63,978 bases of DNA from Octopus bimaculoides. Lineage: Eukaryota. Under the pieces are notes generated by a model. The model searched no databases. It was not told where the DNA came from and was given only the letters and a program-made list of their open reading frames with translations. Shown one piece after another: positions 12,850-25,425 of the stretch. Numbering within the stretch: the first letter of the stretch is position 1; the number at the start of each line of letters is the position of its first letter. The DNA is taken from contig NC_068989.1 in the NCBI RefSeq assembly GCF_001194135.2, positions 39,056,640 to 39,120,617 on the forward strand, given 5' to 3'. Both the position numbers and the translations under genes were made by a program.

Positions 12850-15800
12850 GGGGCTCCGAAAGGGGTCTCAGGGAGTAGTGTCTCTGCCTTCCTGAGCTAG
12901 TTTTCCACCACATTTCTTAAAAATTGTGGTAGTGGCCTTGGTCTCAAGACCACTCATGTCTAGAAACTGAGGTTCGGAGTAAGCAAAGGCATATTCCCTG
13001 TAGAAAATTCAGCTCCAAAAAAGCTTCATGATAGCAAAGGAGGATGGGCACCAGCCAACCCAAAGGTTAGGGTGAGCTGCACCTGCCTACCTCAAAAAGG
13101 AAGGTGCAAACCCTCATTCTAGGTTGCGCAAGCATGACTTACCTCATGATGGCCAAAGGCCTGACAAGAAGCTTGGTGTGAAGTTGGAAAGTTGGAATGT
13201 GGGCAGTCTGCATAGAAGGGGAAATGAGGTATGTGAAGAATTGATAAAGAGAAGGGTAGATGTGAGCTGTGTGCAGGTAGCTAGGTGGAGAGGCCAGGGT
13301 GCAAAATTTGTGGGGGGTCAAGGGAAGAAGGTACAAGATGTGGTGGTCAGGAAATAGCAAGGGGACTGGAGGTGTGGGAGTTTTGGTGAAAGAAGAAATC
13401 TGTGAGAAGGTGGTGGAGGTCAGGAGAAAGAGAGACAGTGTGATGACAATAGTGTTAGCATTTGAGGAAGAAGTGGTGAGGGTGATTTGTGGGTATGATC
13501 CGCAGAATGGAAGAGGGATCGCTGAGAATGAGCGGTTCTTTGATGAAATAGCAAATGAGTGGGACTTACATAAGGTAGATGAATTTGTTTTGGACATGGG
13601 TGATTTTAATGGCCATGTTGGGAAATGGATCCAGGGCTCTGAGGGTGTGCATGGGGAAACAGAAATGGGGAGAGAAATGTGGAACGAAAGATGCTGTTGG
13701 AGTTTTGTGATGAGAAAGATTTGTGTGTGGCGAACGTGTGGTTTAGGAAAACAGAGTAAAGGAAGGTGACTTTCAGTGCAGGAGGGAATGAGACAGAGAT
13801 TGATTTCATGTTGGTTGGCAGGAAAAACAAAAAGTATCTGAGAGATGTGAAGACAATATCAGAGGAGTTGCAGCACAGGTTGGTGGTTGCTGACTTGGGC
13901 TGAGAAAGGGAACAGTCAAGAAGAGAAAGGTGTGGAAACTGAAGGAAGAAGAAACAAGAGCAAGGTTTGAGGAGAGAATTTGGGGAGTTGGTAAGCATTG
14001 ATGCACTGGATATGTGGAATTCTTTTAAAGAAGGGGTATTAAAGGCATGTGATGAAGTGTGTCGAAGGACGAAAGGTAGAAGAGATCGAGGTGATACGTA
14101 GTGGTGGAACAAGGACGTGAGGGATGCAATAGTGAGGAAGAAGGAGGTGCACAAAGCTTTATGTAATAATATGACTGAGCAAATGAAAGCCAGGTATAAT
14201 AACATGAAGAATCATGCAAAGAGGGTGGTTGCGAGATCTATGAGGAAGGAGGCTGAGGAGAGGTTGAGAGGGCTGGATGAGAACCCAGATAGAGTGTTTA
14301 GGTTTGTTAAATCAATGAAAAGAGATGAAAGAGATGTTGCTGGAGGAAGATGCATGAGGGTGAGTGATGGAAGGTTGAATTTTAGTGAGAAGGACAGGGG
14401 AAGAGTTTGAAAGGAGCATATGGAGGGAATTATGAATGAGGAGAATGAATGGGATCAAAGGGTAGAAGTTGTGGTGAAGGGGCCAGTGGAGAGGGTTAGT
14501 TGGGAAGAAGTACTGGATACAATGAAGGAAATGAAAGCAGGAAAGGCAGCTGGTCCATCAGAAGTAAATGTGGAAATAATAACTGCAAATGGAGAGATAG
14601 GGAAAGGGAGATGCAATGAGCTGTGGGGAATATAGAGGAGTGAAGTTATTGGAGCATGCAATGAAGATAGTGGAAAGGGTGTTGGAGAGGAGAATTTGGA
14701 AAGGGGTGGATGTGGACGAGATGCAATTTGGTTTTATGCCAGGAAGGGGGACAATAGATGTAGTGTGTATTGTAAGGAGATTCCAAGAGGAATATCAAGA
14801 TAAGGAGAAGGAGTTGTACCTATGCTTTGTTGATCTGGAGAAGGCATTTGATGGGGTTCCAAGAAAGGTGACTGAGTGGGCATTGAGGAAGAGAGGTGTA
14901 CTAAAGATAATAGTGAGGGCAGTGATGAGTTTGGGTGAGGTGGGTAAAGACAAGAGTTTGAATTGGATCAGAGCTGTCAAAGGATTTTGCTGTGAAAGTT
15001 GGTGTGCATCAGAGAACTGTGTTGTCACCATTGTTATTTGCAATAGTGGTTTATGTGGTGATGGAGAGTGCAAGGGAGGGATCGATAATGGAGATGCTGT
15101 ATGCGGATGACCTCGTTCTGATGTGTGAGATGATGGAGGGATTGAAGAAGTTTTGGAAATGGAAGGAGGCATTTGAAAGCAAGGAATTGAAGGTAAACCT
15201 CAGGAAGACAAAAGTGATGGTCAGTGGGGTGGAAGGAGAAGTGTTAGTAAGATGGGTCCATGTGGTGTATGTGGGAGAAGGGTAATGGCAGATGTGTTGT
15301 GTACAAGATCTGAGAAATGGATTCATGGTAGATGTAGGAAAATGAGGAAGGTGACCCCAAGACTGGCAAGCGAGTTTATTTGTGGAAGATGTGAGAAAGG
15401 AGCAGGAAAGTTGGCAGAACCAGTCAAAATGTTATGTGATGAGGTGGAGATGGTGAGAGGATTTTGTTATTTGGGAGATAGGGTGGACGTGAAGTAGCTG
15501 TGACAGCAAGAGCGAGACTTGGTTGGGTGAAGTTCAGTGAATGTGGAGCATTGTTATATGGGAAAGGTTCTCATTGAAGATGAAAGGAAGGGTCTATAGG
15601 AGTTGTGTGAGAGGTATGATGCTGTATGGGAGCGAGACATGATGTCTGAGAGGGAGAGAAATGGCAATTTTGAGAAGGACCAAGAGAGCAATGGTGAGAG
15701 AAATGTGCGGTATGAAGCTGTTTGATAAGAGAACTGAGGACTTGATGGGGATGCTGGGATTGGAGGAATCAGTGGAACGGCTGGTAAGGGCAAATGGATG

Positions 15801-16100
15801 CAGTGGTATGGGCATGTGTTGAGAAAGGATGAGGAGCATGTTCTGAGGAGGGTGCTTGAGTTTGAGTTAAATAGACCATGAAAGTGAGGTAGACCAAGGA
15901 AAACGTGGAGGGGACAGGTGGATGAGGAGATTGGGAGAGTTGGATTGAGAAAGGAGGATGCCCAAAATCAGTCAAGATGAGAAGATCGTGTGAGGGCAGT
16001 TGCTATGGCATTGAGGTAGACCCAGTCACCCCCAATAACGGTGACAAAACCCAGATTTAAAACACTGGATGAGGATGATGATGATGAGGAGGAGGAGGAG
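12850..16100 (+). mobile_element. Near full-length degenerate RTE-clade LINE (APE endonuclease, RT, PHD-like finger, (GAT/GAG)n tail)
   Basis: APE motifs WNVGSL, GVGVLV, GDFNGHVG. RT motifs QFGFMPGRGT, FVDLEKAFD, MLYADDLVL. 3' end ...cccagatttaaaacactggatgaggatgatgatgat. It has many frameshifts and stops and an internal deletion near 14600. The 5' boundary is uncertain by about 300 bp. Confidence 0.92.
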
Positions 16101-18585
16101 GCGTATGTGCTATATATTAGCTCACTCCCACCATCAAATTGCCTGATCAGGTGCACAGTGTACCACATGTCAGGTGTCAAAATGATCACAGAGCAATGTG
16201 AGATGAAGTATTTTGCTCAAAAACGCAATGCAGAAACTGGTCTAGGAATTAAAACCATGATCTTGCAATCGTGCGTGCATCACCCTAACCACTAGTCCAT
16301 GCATCCCTCACATAAAATAATAATGCTATAGGAATATAATAATAATGATGATGATGATCTTATGCTATACAATGCTCAGGTGCACTATAAATTATTCATC
16401 AAAACCATTCTACTTGAAGGAATTAATATTTTTTTTATTTTTCACATTTTTGTAATTGAAGGAAGGAATAATTAGATCTTAGTCATAGACACAGATATAG
16501 CTGTATGGTTAAAAATTTTACTTTATAACCATGTATTTCCTGGTACAGCCTCACTGCACTGCATCTTGTCAAATATTTCTACTGTAGCCTCATGTTGACC
16601 AAAGCCTTGTAAATGGAAATTGATGGATGGAAACTGTTTAGAAGCTTATATGTTGTGTACATACATGTCCCTGTTTATGTAAATCCTTGAAGGTGGTATG
16701 TATACTTGCTCTCCAATAGTAAAACCAGTAAAGGAATAAATGAATACATTGGTACATTTTGTATGAGGTTTTTGGTTAGAAAGTTAAATTAGAACACATT
16801 TTTGAGTTTATAAATCAGTTACTAATCTAAGACCTTCCTATATCTCTTCCAACTGTTGACCAGCATCTGGAAAGTTTCTCACTAGATTTATATTTTACTG
16901 GAAAGCAATAGGAACAAATACTGTTGTATGGTTAGAAAGTAAGTTTCCCAACCATGTGATTTCAGGTTCAGTCACACATTGTCATCTGCCATAGCCCAGG
17001 TCAACCAAAGCCTTGTGAGTGGGTTTGGTGGACAGAAACTGAAAAAAGCCTATCAAATATATCATCCATTTTTCATGCTGGCATGGCTTGGATGGTTTGA
17101 CAGGATCTGGCAAGCCACAGCCTATGCCATACTCCAGTGTCAGTTTAGGCATGTTTTGTGTAGCTGGATTCCCTTCCTCATGCCAATAACCTTACAGTGT
17201 GTACTGGGTATTTTTTTCATGTTATACACACATGCATGTGTGTGTGTTTATACTTGTGCTCCACAAAAGTTATGAGCAATGATGCTGTCACTTTCCCTGT
17301 CAGTAAATCAGTTATTTGCTTCATACCTTCAAAGACATGTGAAATAAAACATCATTAACTTGAGCAACAAGTAGAGGTTAGCAACAGGGAGAAATACCAC
17401 AGGCATTTTTGTTCATTGCTCTAACATTTCTGCTAATACATTACCTTAGATTACCAGTTTCAAATTTTGGCACAGGGCCAGCAACATCAAGGGTGGGAGT
17501 AAGTTGATTACATTGACCCCAGTATTCTACTGGTACTTATTTTATCAACTCCAAAAGAGATGGGAGGCAAAGTCAGACTTGGTGGAATTTGAATGTAAAG
17601 ACACCACTAATCATTTTGCCTGGCCTACCAGCGATTCTACCAGCTCACCACCTTAATTATTGACTAGTTTATGATACAAAAGAATCCATTGCATTGTTGC
17701 TCTGGTGTGGATTCAGTTAATTCTGCTAGAACAGACTTCTGGTATGCAGATATGTAGAAAGTCAAAGATACAGCTTTCTTGATATTCTACGCTTTTGTCT
17801 CTGGAAATATCACACTTCATACTCAAAAATACTTTGATTTAATATGTGGGATGCAGTGTGATATGTTACTTTTTCTCCCCTGTCAAGTTCATTCTTGTAT
17901 AGTTGAGGCTACAAATTGTGATCATAACAAAGATGAGCAAGATTCAGCTGAAGGATGCATGCAATTTGCTGTTCCAGTTCAGGACTGATCTTTAGACCTA
18001 TGATCAAAAGCCTTCTAGCTATGATTCACCTCTTTTCTGATTGGCATGGTATTTCAAGGACTATATAATCCAATGCGTTTTTCTAGTTTTCAAGTCATCA
18101 AGTATGATTTGAAGGAAATTTAACTGTCATTTCTTGCCTATTGAGTGACCATGTAGAGGACTTCATACTGGGTTGGACTAGATTAGCACATGTTGCATTA
18201 AAATATGCTAAAAGATGGAATTTATTCATTTTATGACTACTTTTTAAAGTTCAGCAAATACATATTGAGGCAATATTTCACAGCTGGACACCCTTCTTCT
18301 TGCTAACCCTTACCGTTTTTTCAAGCAATGGAGTTTTCATTGTACAGAATCACAGAATGATTTGTTAGCAGCGAATGTCAACAAATACCATGCTTTTTCA
18401 GTCAAAACTTTCATTTAAGGATGTAGGATGTATACATTCACACATTCATATGTACATAAACATATACACATGTATGTATGTAGATATGTATGTATGTGTG
18501 TGTGTGTGTGGTGTGTGTGTGTATGTATGCATGCATACATGCATGTGTCTAGGTGTGTATGAATGCATGCATGTGTGCATATATA

Positions 18586-18806
18586 CAAGTGGGTGCTGAA
18601 AAGTTCCTGACTTTAAGGGCATCACAAAAGGTCTAGCTGGAGGCCCAACCTTCTTTTACAGGTTCTTTTACAGGGCTTAGAAAAACTGAAGGACCACTGC
18701 AATAAGTGTGTGAATCCTTGAGGGGAATATGTTGCATGAAATCATAATTAATTGATCCTCCTATATTTCTTTTATTCAAAGCCAGGAACTTTTCAGCACA
18801 GCTTCA
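18586..18806. mobile_element. Mariner-derived MITE with TIRs and TA flanks
   Basis: GTGCTGAAAAGTTCCTGACTTT ... AAAGCCAGGAACTTTTCAGCAC (1 mismatch in 22). The interior encodes a remnant of the mariner transposase C-terminus (GLEKLKDHCNKCV..GEYV). Confidence 0.85.
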
Positions 18807-18868
18807 TATATATGTGTATGCATATATATGTCTGTCTGTATGTATATATATATATGTATGTGTGTGTG

Positions 18869-18933
<65 letters not shown>

Positions 18934-20059
18934 ATATGTGTATGTATATATGTATGTATGTATGTATGTATATATGTATGTACATATATATATATATGCA
19001 TGTATCAGGCACATGCCATGAGTAATTACTCAAGGTAGGCAGTTGCTGGTGCTTATGTAGTAAAACACAAAAAAATAGGCAAAACATGGGCACGTGACTG
19101 AGTTGGAAGCAGATTTACTTCTGCCTTTATAGCGCATAAAGAAAACGTTGTTGTAGGAATGTATGCAGCACGTGTACTACAGCAGGACTATATGTAATTT
19201 TAATCCTGAGATTGAAAGGCAGGGGTGAATTATGCCTACCTAATCTACAAATAAATAGAATATTTTGCATTTTATGCATAATAATCACAGTGACCATAAT
19301 TTTATTGAATTAGGTGCATATTTTGCCATAAAAGGAAAATGTTACTATCGATCTATTTCATTCAGGTTAGGCACTGCCTACCTTCCCTACCCAGGTGGCA
19401 CATCCCTGGTGTGTATGTATGTATGCATCAGCCAAACTATTGGGTGTGATAATACACTGCTAGTCACAATGCACTTTATGCACCAAAATTCAAGTTCATA
19501 TGGTAATACAGTAAACTACATACCCATACAGTCATGCTTGCACTTTTAATATTCTAAGGTTTATATCTGAAATTTATAACCTCTTTACATGTTCTATATT
19601 TAATAAATATATTCACCGATTACACACAAAGATGTTTATTAAATGATGAAAGTTTTGTTTTTTCCATTTAATATACACCTTTTCATTATTTAATAAACAT
19701 CATATTTATGTCTACTTAGTATCTCAGAATCAGCTCTTTGTCTCTGAAACAAATACCAAAATTACTTGTAAATGGTTCCTGGAGTAGATTTTCATAACCA
19801 ATGAAATAGAATTTGTATTTGAACTCTTGTAAAATGCTAAGTAGAGAAGAAAAAAAGGTTGAAATTTGTGGAATAAAAACCAAAATTTGATGCTATAACT
19901 TCGTTGCATGTTTTTAGAATGATTTTATTATTATTTATTAATTTCCTTTAGCTACACAGGTGCTGAAAGTCTCTTTCAGTTGTCTCCTACTAGTTGATGT
20001 GCTGCCACTGAGAAATATTTGATGAAAATACTTAGACATTTGTTTATAGATTTCTCAAA

Positions 20060-21360
20060 CATCATCATCATTTAATGGCTGTTTTCCATGCTGGCATGAA
20101 TTGAACGATTTGACAGGAGCTGACCAGCTGGACAGTTGCCCAGGCTCCTATTGTTTGTTTTTGCATGGTTTCTACAGCTGGATGCCCTTCCCAAAGCCAA
20201 CCCCTTTACAGAGTGTACTGGGTGTTTTTTTTTATGTGGCACTGGCACAGGTGCTATTACGTGGTACCAGCATGGGTACTTTTATGTGGCACTGGCCCAG
20301 GTACTTTTATGTGGCACTGCGATGGATGCTTTCTGTGGGGCACCGGCACAGATGCTTTCCATGAGGCACTAGCACAGGTACTTTTTATGTGACACCAGCA
20401 CCTGTGAGCCCACAATACAAAGATCTCTCAGCAGAGAGAGAAAGTGGAGCATGACCATAAAGGAGATATCTGTATGGTTGGATAGTTGTAATTTTACTAG
20501 GTCCCTTGTCATCTTCTCTGTGAGGCCCAATGTCTGAAGATCCTTTCTCACATCTTCTTGGGTTTACTTATTCCACAAGTTCCCTTCACAATTAGAGATC
20601 AGTATATTTTTATGCAGCTGTTCTCATCCATATGCATCATATAACCATACCAGTGCAGTCTTCTCTCTTGCACACTACATCTGGTACCTCATAAACCCAA
20701 TTTTTCTCTTAAATCATTTACACTATTGAACATGCACACTGACATTACCCATTCTGGATTTATTTCTCTCAAGCCTACACATGTCCTTTGTAGTCATAGC
20801 CTATGTTTCACTGCCATGTAGCATAGCTGTTCATACACAGGCATCATACAATCTGCCTTTCACTCTGAGGCAGGGGCATTTTGTTACCAACAAAGGTAGT
20901 AGTTCTCTGAACTTTACCCAGCCTATTCTTATTCTATCAACTCTGCTTCTAGAACTCCCTCCTCCACCATTGCCTCGATCACTTAGGTAATGAAAACTAT
21001 ATGCTACTTCTAAAAATCCTCCTAGACATTTGAGGAAGTCTATTCTTAATGTTTGTTGTACTCACACATCATCCACACACAAAGACTACTTTCTCTGTTA
21101 ATCTTCCTGAGATACCACTGCACCTCTTATATGTCCATAGCTTACACTGGGTACACTGTATGGAGTTTCTACCAGCATCTTTCCTACATATCAAGCAAGG
21201 CCATCTCCCTGAAGGGATTTGTGATTTGTTTGTTTTCCTACATATTTGGACTTTGGTCTTTGCCAAATTAACTCTAATGCCCTTACATTCCAGACCTTGC
21301 TTCAACACCTGAAATTTCTTGTCACTATTTTTGCTAGGTTTTGAAAGATCCATATCTTGA
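20060..21360 (-). mobile_element. 5'-truncated RTE LINE 3' portion plus SINE-like tail
   Basis: Minus strand gives KGIRVNLAKTKVQICRK...WPCLICRKDAGRNSIQCTQCKLWTYKRC (21069-21353) and RKDLQTLGLTEKMTRD (~20500), followed by family-B-type tail sequence. Confidence 0.85.
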
Positions 21361-22199
21361 GTAATAGGTGATGAAATTTGAGCTGAGAATGCACAGACTT
21401 GTAACAGATACCATAAGGTATCTTACAAGTAGACTTGTCAAACACCCCAATCCTACTTCTGCTAATCCACTCCCCTGGATTTCTGTTTTGTTTTATCAGC
21501 TCTAAAATAATGATAGGCGAAGTTGACCATAACATGACATGTTTACATCGTCATATGTTTACATTCTATACTGCTATATGTTGGACTAGTCAACATGATT
21601 TGAGCCAGTTTATTCAGAGTTATTGACCTCTTAATGAGTAGGTGATCATATGTTGCTCATACACTTCATTTTTTACTTAATTTCTACAGTTGAATGTTCT
21701 TCCTGCCATAAACCACTTTATAGAGTGTACTGAGTGCATTTTATCAAGTCACCAGCACAAGAGAATTTGTCATGTCCTCAGTAGGACTTAGGTGTGTGCA
21801 TGTATGAGAGAGAAGGAGACACTATAAAATTATTTTACCATTTCTAACATGTCTAAACATATTTTAAGTAAATTAATGTGTTACAAACATTTAATTTTTT
21901 TTTGCAACCTAAATTTTTTAGCATACTTTATAAGTACAAATAACAAAGAGTCTAGTAATAAAATACAGTACATCTATCAAGATTATGTATATGGTCTTAT
22001 AAGACTATATACAATGTATCTAGAATTACTGTTTTCTAGTAAGACTGTATTGTGACAGTAATGAATATTATATTCCAGATGTTTGAGTCATGAGATCTGG
22101 TGTCTAGAAAGTCAATGACAAATATACATTATATAATTTTATTTATATAATTATCTGTATAATATTTATATATGATTTACATTTGTTTTATTTGTTCAG

Positions 22200-22334
22200 A
22201 ATCAGTATATCATGCTTAGACAATTCATAACTGCTCTACATATGGATGCCTTTGAAACATCACACCCAATTGAAAATGGAGTGAAACGACCCAAAGATAT
22301 AGCTGTGGTATTTGACAGTATAACCTATAAGAAG
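22200..22334 (+). CDS. Next coding exon of the same M1 aminopeptidase, carrying the catalytic Tyr
   Basis: Acceptor tttgttcag (22191-22199) and donor gtaagt (22335). The 135 bp read NQYIMLRQFITALHMDAFETSHPIENGVKRPKDIAVVFDSITYKK, matching the M1 motif DA..SHPI...V..P.I...FD.I.Y.K(G). It is in frame with the preceding exon. Confidence 0.96.
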
Positions 22335-22451
22335 GTAAGTAAATGGAAGTCTTCTAAAGTTTCTAATATTTTTCTTTCAGGTTATGATTAATGACTCTTG
22401 CAGAAATTAATTGATTGAATTTTTTCTATTAGTTCTTTCAATAGATATATT

Positions 22452-22488
<37 letters not shown>

Positions 22489-22949
22489 AGTTCAAAATTA
22501 ATGTATATACAGGTTTGAAATTAACGATGACACAAACAACAAAAAGACATTGTGAAAATGAAGTGCAGTTTTACTTTGAAAATCAATAGTAGATTAGGAA
22601 AGTAGAAGTGCTTTTGATGTTTTGTGCTTAAGTTCTTCTTCACAAAGTTTTTTTTTATTCAGAAAGAATTAGCGTAAAGGAAAGAAAGAAAACATGATTG
22701 ATAGAAAAATATGTGTTTTTCTGTCAAGTAATGTTAAAAATAGCAGATGCTAAATGACCGAAAGTGTAATAGAAGGAATGAGGTTTCATACCGGCAAAAC
22801 AACAGGGAGATTTTTGTATGTAAATTATGTTTGTGTGTGTGTTTCTAGCTGTAATGTGTAGGCCTAATATATGTGAAGTAGTGTATATGTATGTAAAGTC
22901 ACAGAATATGTGTTTGTATGAATATGTGTGCGAGTTTGTATTAGGAATT

Positions 22950-24150
22950 AATAACACGCTATGGTCAGAAAAGTTTTTATAACATGTGTATGTGCCATGT
23001 GTGAGTGATATGATGATGACGTATGTTAAAAAAAGTGTAGCCATTGAGGCCATGAGATATGAAAGATTTAAGAATGAAAAGGAGTTTCTGTTTATGTTGG
23101 AAATAAGGTCGCTGTAAAGGGCTACACTAAGCACAAAGAGAAGCCAAATAGAGTGCTCTGCAGAGTAGAAATGGTGCACGACTGGGAAATCATTATCAAG
23201 GTGGATGTTCAGTGAAGTGAGCACACAAACATTGTCTAATTGATCTTAAGTATAGGGAATTGTGAAGTGTATGCAATATATGAGTTGAGTAGAGAAGCAA
23301 TTGAAGGAGTTAGTTTTATTGAAAGAATAGTGGTTGAGACCAATAAACAGAATGGCGTTGGAAAGAAAGAGACAAGCATGGCAGCAGGAACAAAAAAGGG
23401 ACCTTGGTTGGGTGTAGATTAGGGAAGGAACTATGGATGTATGGGTCATATAGATTATAGATGCATTTAAAGTAGGGGTAGAAGTAACTTGAGAAAGATA
23501 TGGGAAGTTGTTAAGTCAGATTGGGAAACATATAATGCAAGTAGAATAGTCCATTAAGGGGGAAGGGTAGTTTGGAAGGGTGGTAGGTGAATGAAAGGGA
23601 AGGTAATCATGGATGGGCTGGAGGCAGGGGAAAGGGTAGAGGTGCCACTGACTTCAAAAATAAATGTTGGTACCAGCATGGGTACTTTTATGTGGCACTG
23701 GCCCAGGTACTTTTATGTGGCACTGCGATGGATGCTTTTTGTGGGGCACCGGCACAGATGCTTTCCATGAGACACTAGCACAGGTACTTTTTATGTGACA
23801 CCAGCACCTGTGAGCCCACAAGACAAAGATCTCTCAGCAGAGAGAGAAAGTGGAGCATGACCATAAAGGAGATATCTGTATGGTTGGATAGTTGTCATTT
23901 TACTAGGTCCCTTGTCATCTTCTCTGTGAGGCCCAATGTCTGAAGATCCTTTCTCACATCTTCTTGGGTTTACTTATTCCACAAGTTCCCTTCACAATTA
24001 GATTATGGTGGAGGGTATTTACAATGAGCCAAGTGTTGAGCAATGAATTGAAATTGAGTCTCCTAATTATAGTTGCAGTTCAAGAGACAGGAAAGATAGA
24101 ACTGAGTAATGGGTGAAATAGCTGGTGTGAGTTGAATCACTTCACAAGCA
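22950..24150 (-). mobile_element. Degenerate Penelope-like element (Neptune/Poseidon-type GIY-YIG region), interrupted by a 335-bp duplicated segment
   Basis: Minus strand gives SCCHACLF...FNCFSTQLIYCIH...NDFPVVHHFYSAEHS, matching the CxxC...FxC.S..IYCI.C...FPV..HF.S..HS pattern of PLE GIY-YIG domains. The YIG core is decayed. The extension to 24003-24150 is tentative. Confidence 0.6.
23668..24002 (+). repeat. 335-bp direct duplicate of 20262-20596
   Basis: Same length, 4 substitutions found by eye. Confidence 0.97.
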
Positions 24151-24339
24151 ATTAAATTTTCATCCTCTAAAGAAGGCTTAAATATGAAAATTCTATATGT
24201 AGAACAAACATTAGTCAATGATAGTCATATTAATAGATTACACTGTCCAACATGATTTTTGTCCTTGGGTAGCAATTGTTAGTTCCTGTTTGTTTAATCC
24301 TAGAAAGTATGAAAAATGGCTAATATTTCCTTCAGACTT

Positions 24340-24515
24340 TGCTATTCAAACCTCAAAGAATCCCTCTCAACACTTGGCTATGATGCTCTTCCTTTACTCC
24401 TGCTCATAATCAGAGATACATATGCTGTCAGCCACTAAGGGACATACTCAAGTGGTTAAGACCAAGCAACTGACAAACAAATCTGTGGTACTGAGCAGAA
24501 TATTTGCTATAACAA
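24340..24515 (-). repeat. Old interspersed repeat, inverted homologue at 52055-52230
   Basis: Reverse complement aligns with 52055-52230 (agcaaatatt..gctca.taccaca..ttgtcagttg..gtgttgagagg). Class not determined. Confidence 0.7.
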
Positions 24516-25014
24516 TATCTCTGTTTGTGCAGCTGAGTGCTGAATCTATCAGAAATGTAATGGAAAATAGGTCAGTTTTAAAACATTAATGTCCAGGTCA
24601 CAAAAGCAAAGCTTGAAGGAAATAGTGGTCATTTCCTTTGATTTCTATATAGAAGCAAACAGGAAATAACACTTACTGACCAAAGACAAAAAAAAAAAAC
24701 GAAAACATTAAAATTATGTTACACAGGATGATACCAGATGAAATTTACCTACACTGTTACAACTAATGCAGTATCTATTAAAGATACACAAACCATACAT
24801 ATATCATATAATACAAGAACCAAATTACTCCTGGTTATAAGATGGATGAATATATCATTAAAATACTTAAAAAAGCAGAACACATGTATCACACTTAACC
24901 ATAAACTCATAGAATATATTATAAAAACATGAGAATAAAAGAATTGCATATCATCTCGAAATTACAAACTAACAAACACATGGAATATGATTCAGACACC
25001 CAAATTTCAAAGAT

Positions 25015-25222
25015 TCTTTTATTTGTTTGTCATTTGACTGCAGCCAGGCTGGAGCACCGCCTTTAGTTGAGCGAATTGACCCCAGGACTTATTCTTTGTA
25101 AGCCTAGGACTTATTCTTTGTAAGTCTAGTACTTATTCTATCAGTCTCTTTTGTCGAACCACTAAGTTATGAGGACATAAACACACCAGCATCAGTTGTC
25201 AAGCGATGTTGAGAGTACACAG

Positions 25223-25267
<45 letters not shown>

Positions 25268-25425
25268 CGATGGGCTTCTTTCAGTTTCCATCTACCAAAT
25301 CCACTCACAAGGCTTTGGTCAGCCTAAGGCTATAGTAGAAGACACTTGCCATAGGTGCCATGCAGTGGGACTGAACCCGTAACCATGTGGTTGGTAAACA
25401 AGCTACTTATCACACAGCCACTCGG
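25015..25425 (-). mobile_element. SINE family A, antisense
   Basis: Homologous to 30616-31075, with a local 20-bp tandem duplication of ggacttattctttgtaag. Confidence 0.85.

Noticed and set aside
12850-12960. Possible HDV-like ribozyme in the RTE 5' UTR (GNRA hairpin GGGGCTCC-GAAA-GGGGTCTC)
   Set aside because: I could not assemble P1/P1.1/P2/P3 pairings consistently. A descriptor search is needed.
13100-16000. G-rich sense strand of the RTE LINE as a second hyper-edited element
   Set aside because: Conserved motifs (GDFNGHVG, YADD, KAFD) keep their A-containing codons. The G/A richness is synonymous family composition with no Y>C, K>G or N>D pattern.
18750-19100. Many ORFs of the HTHT/YIYI/CVCV/ERER type here and at 2900-3200, 10130-10608, 27100-27430, 43400-44400, 46870-47340 and 53260-55920
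   Set aside because: They are translations of dinucleotide microsatellites and N gaps.
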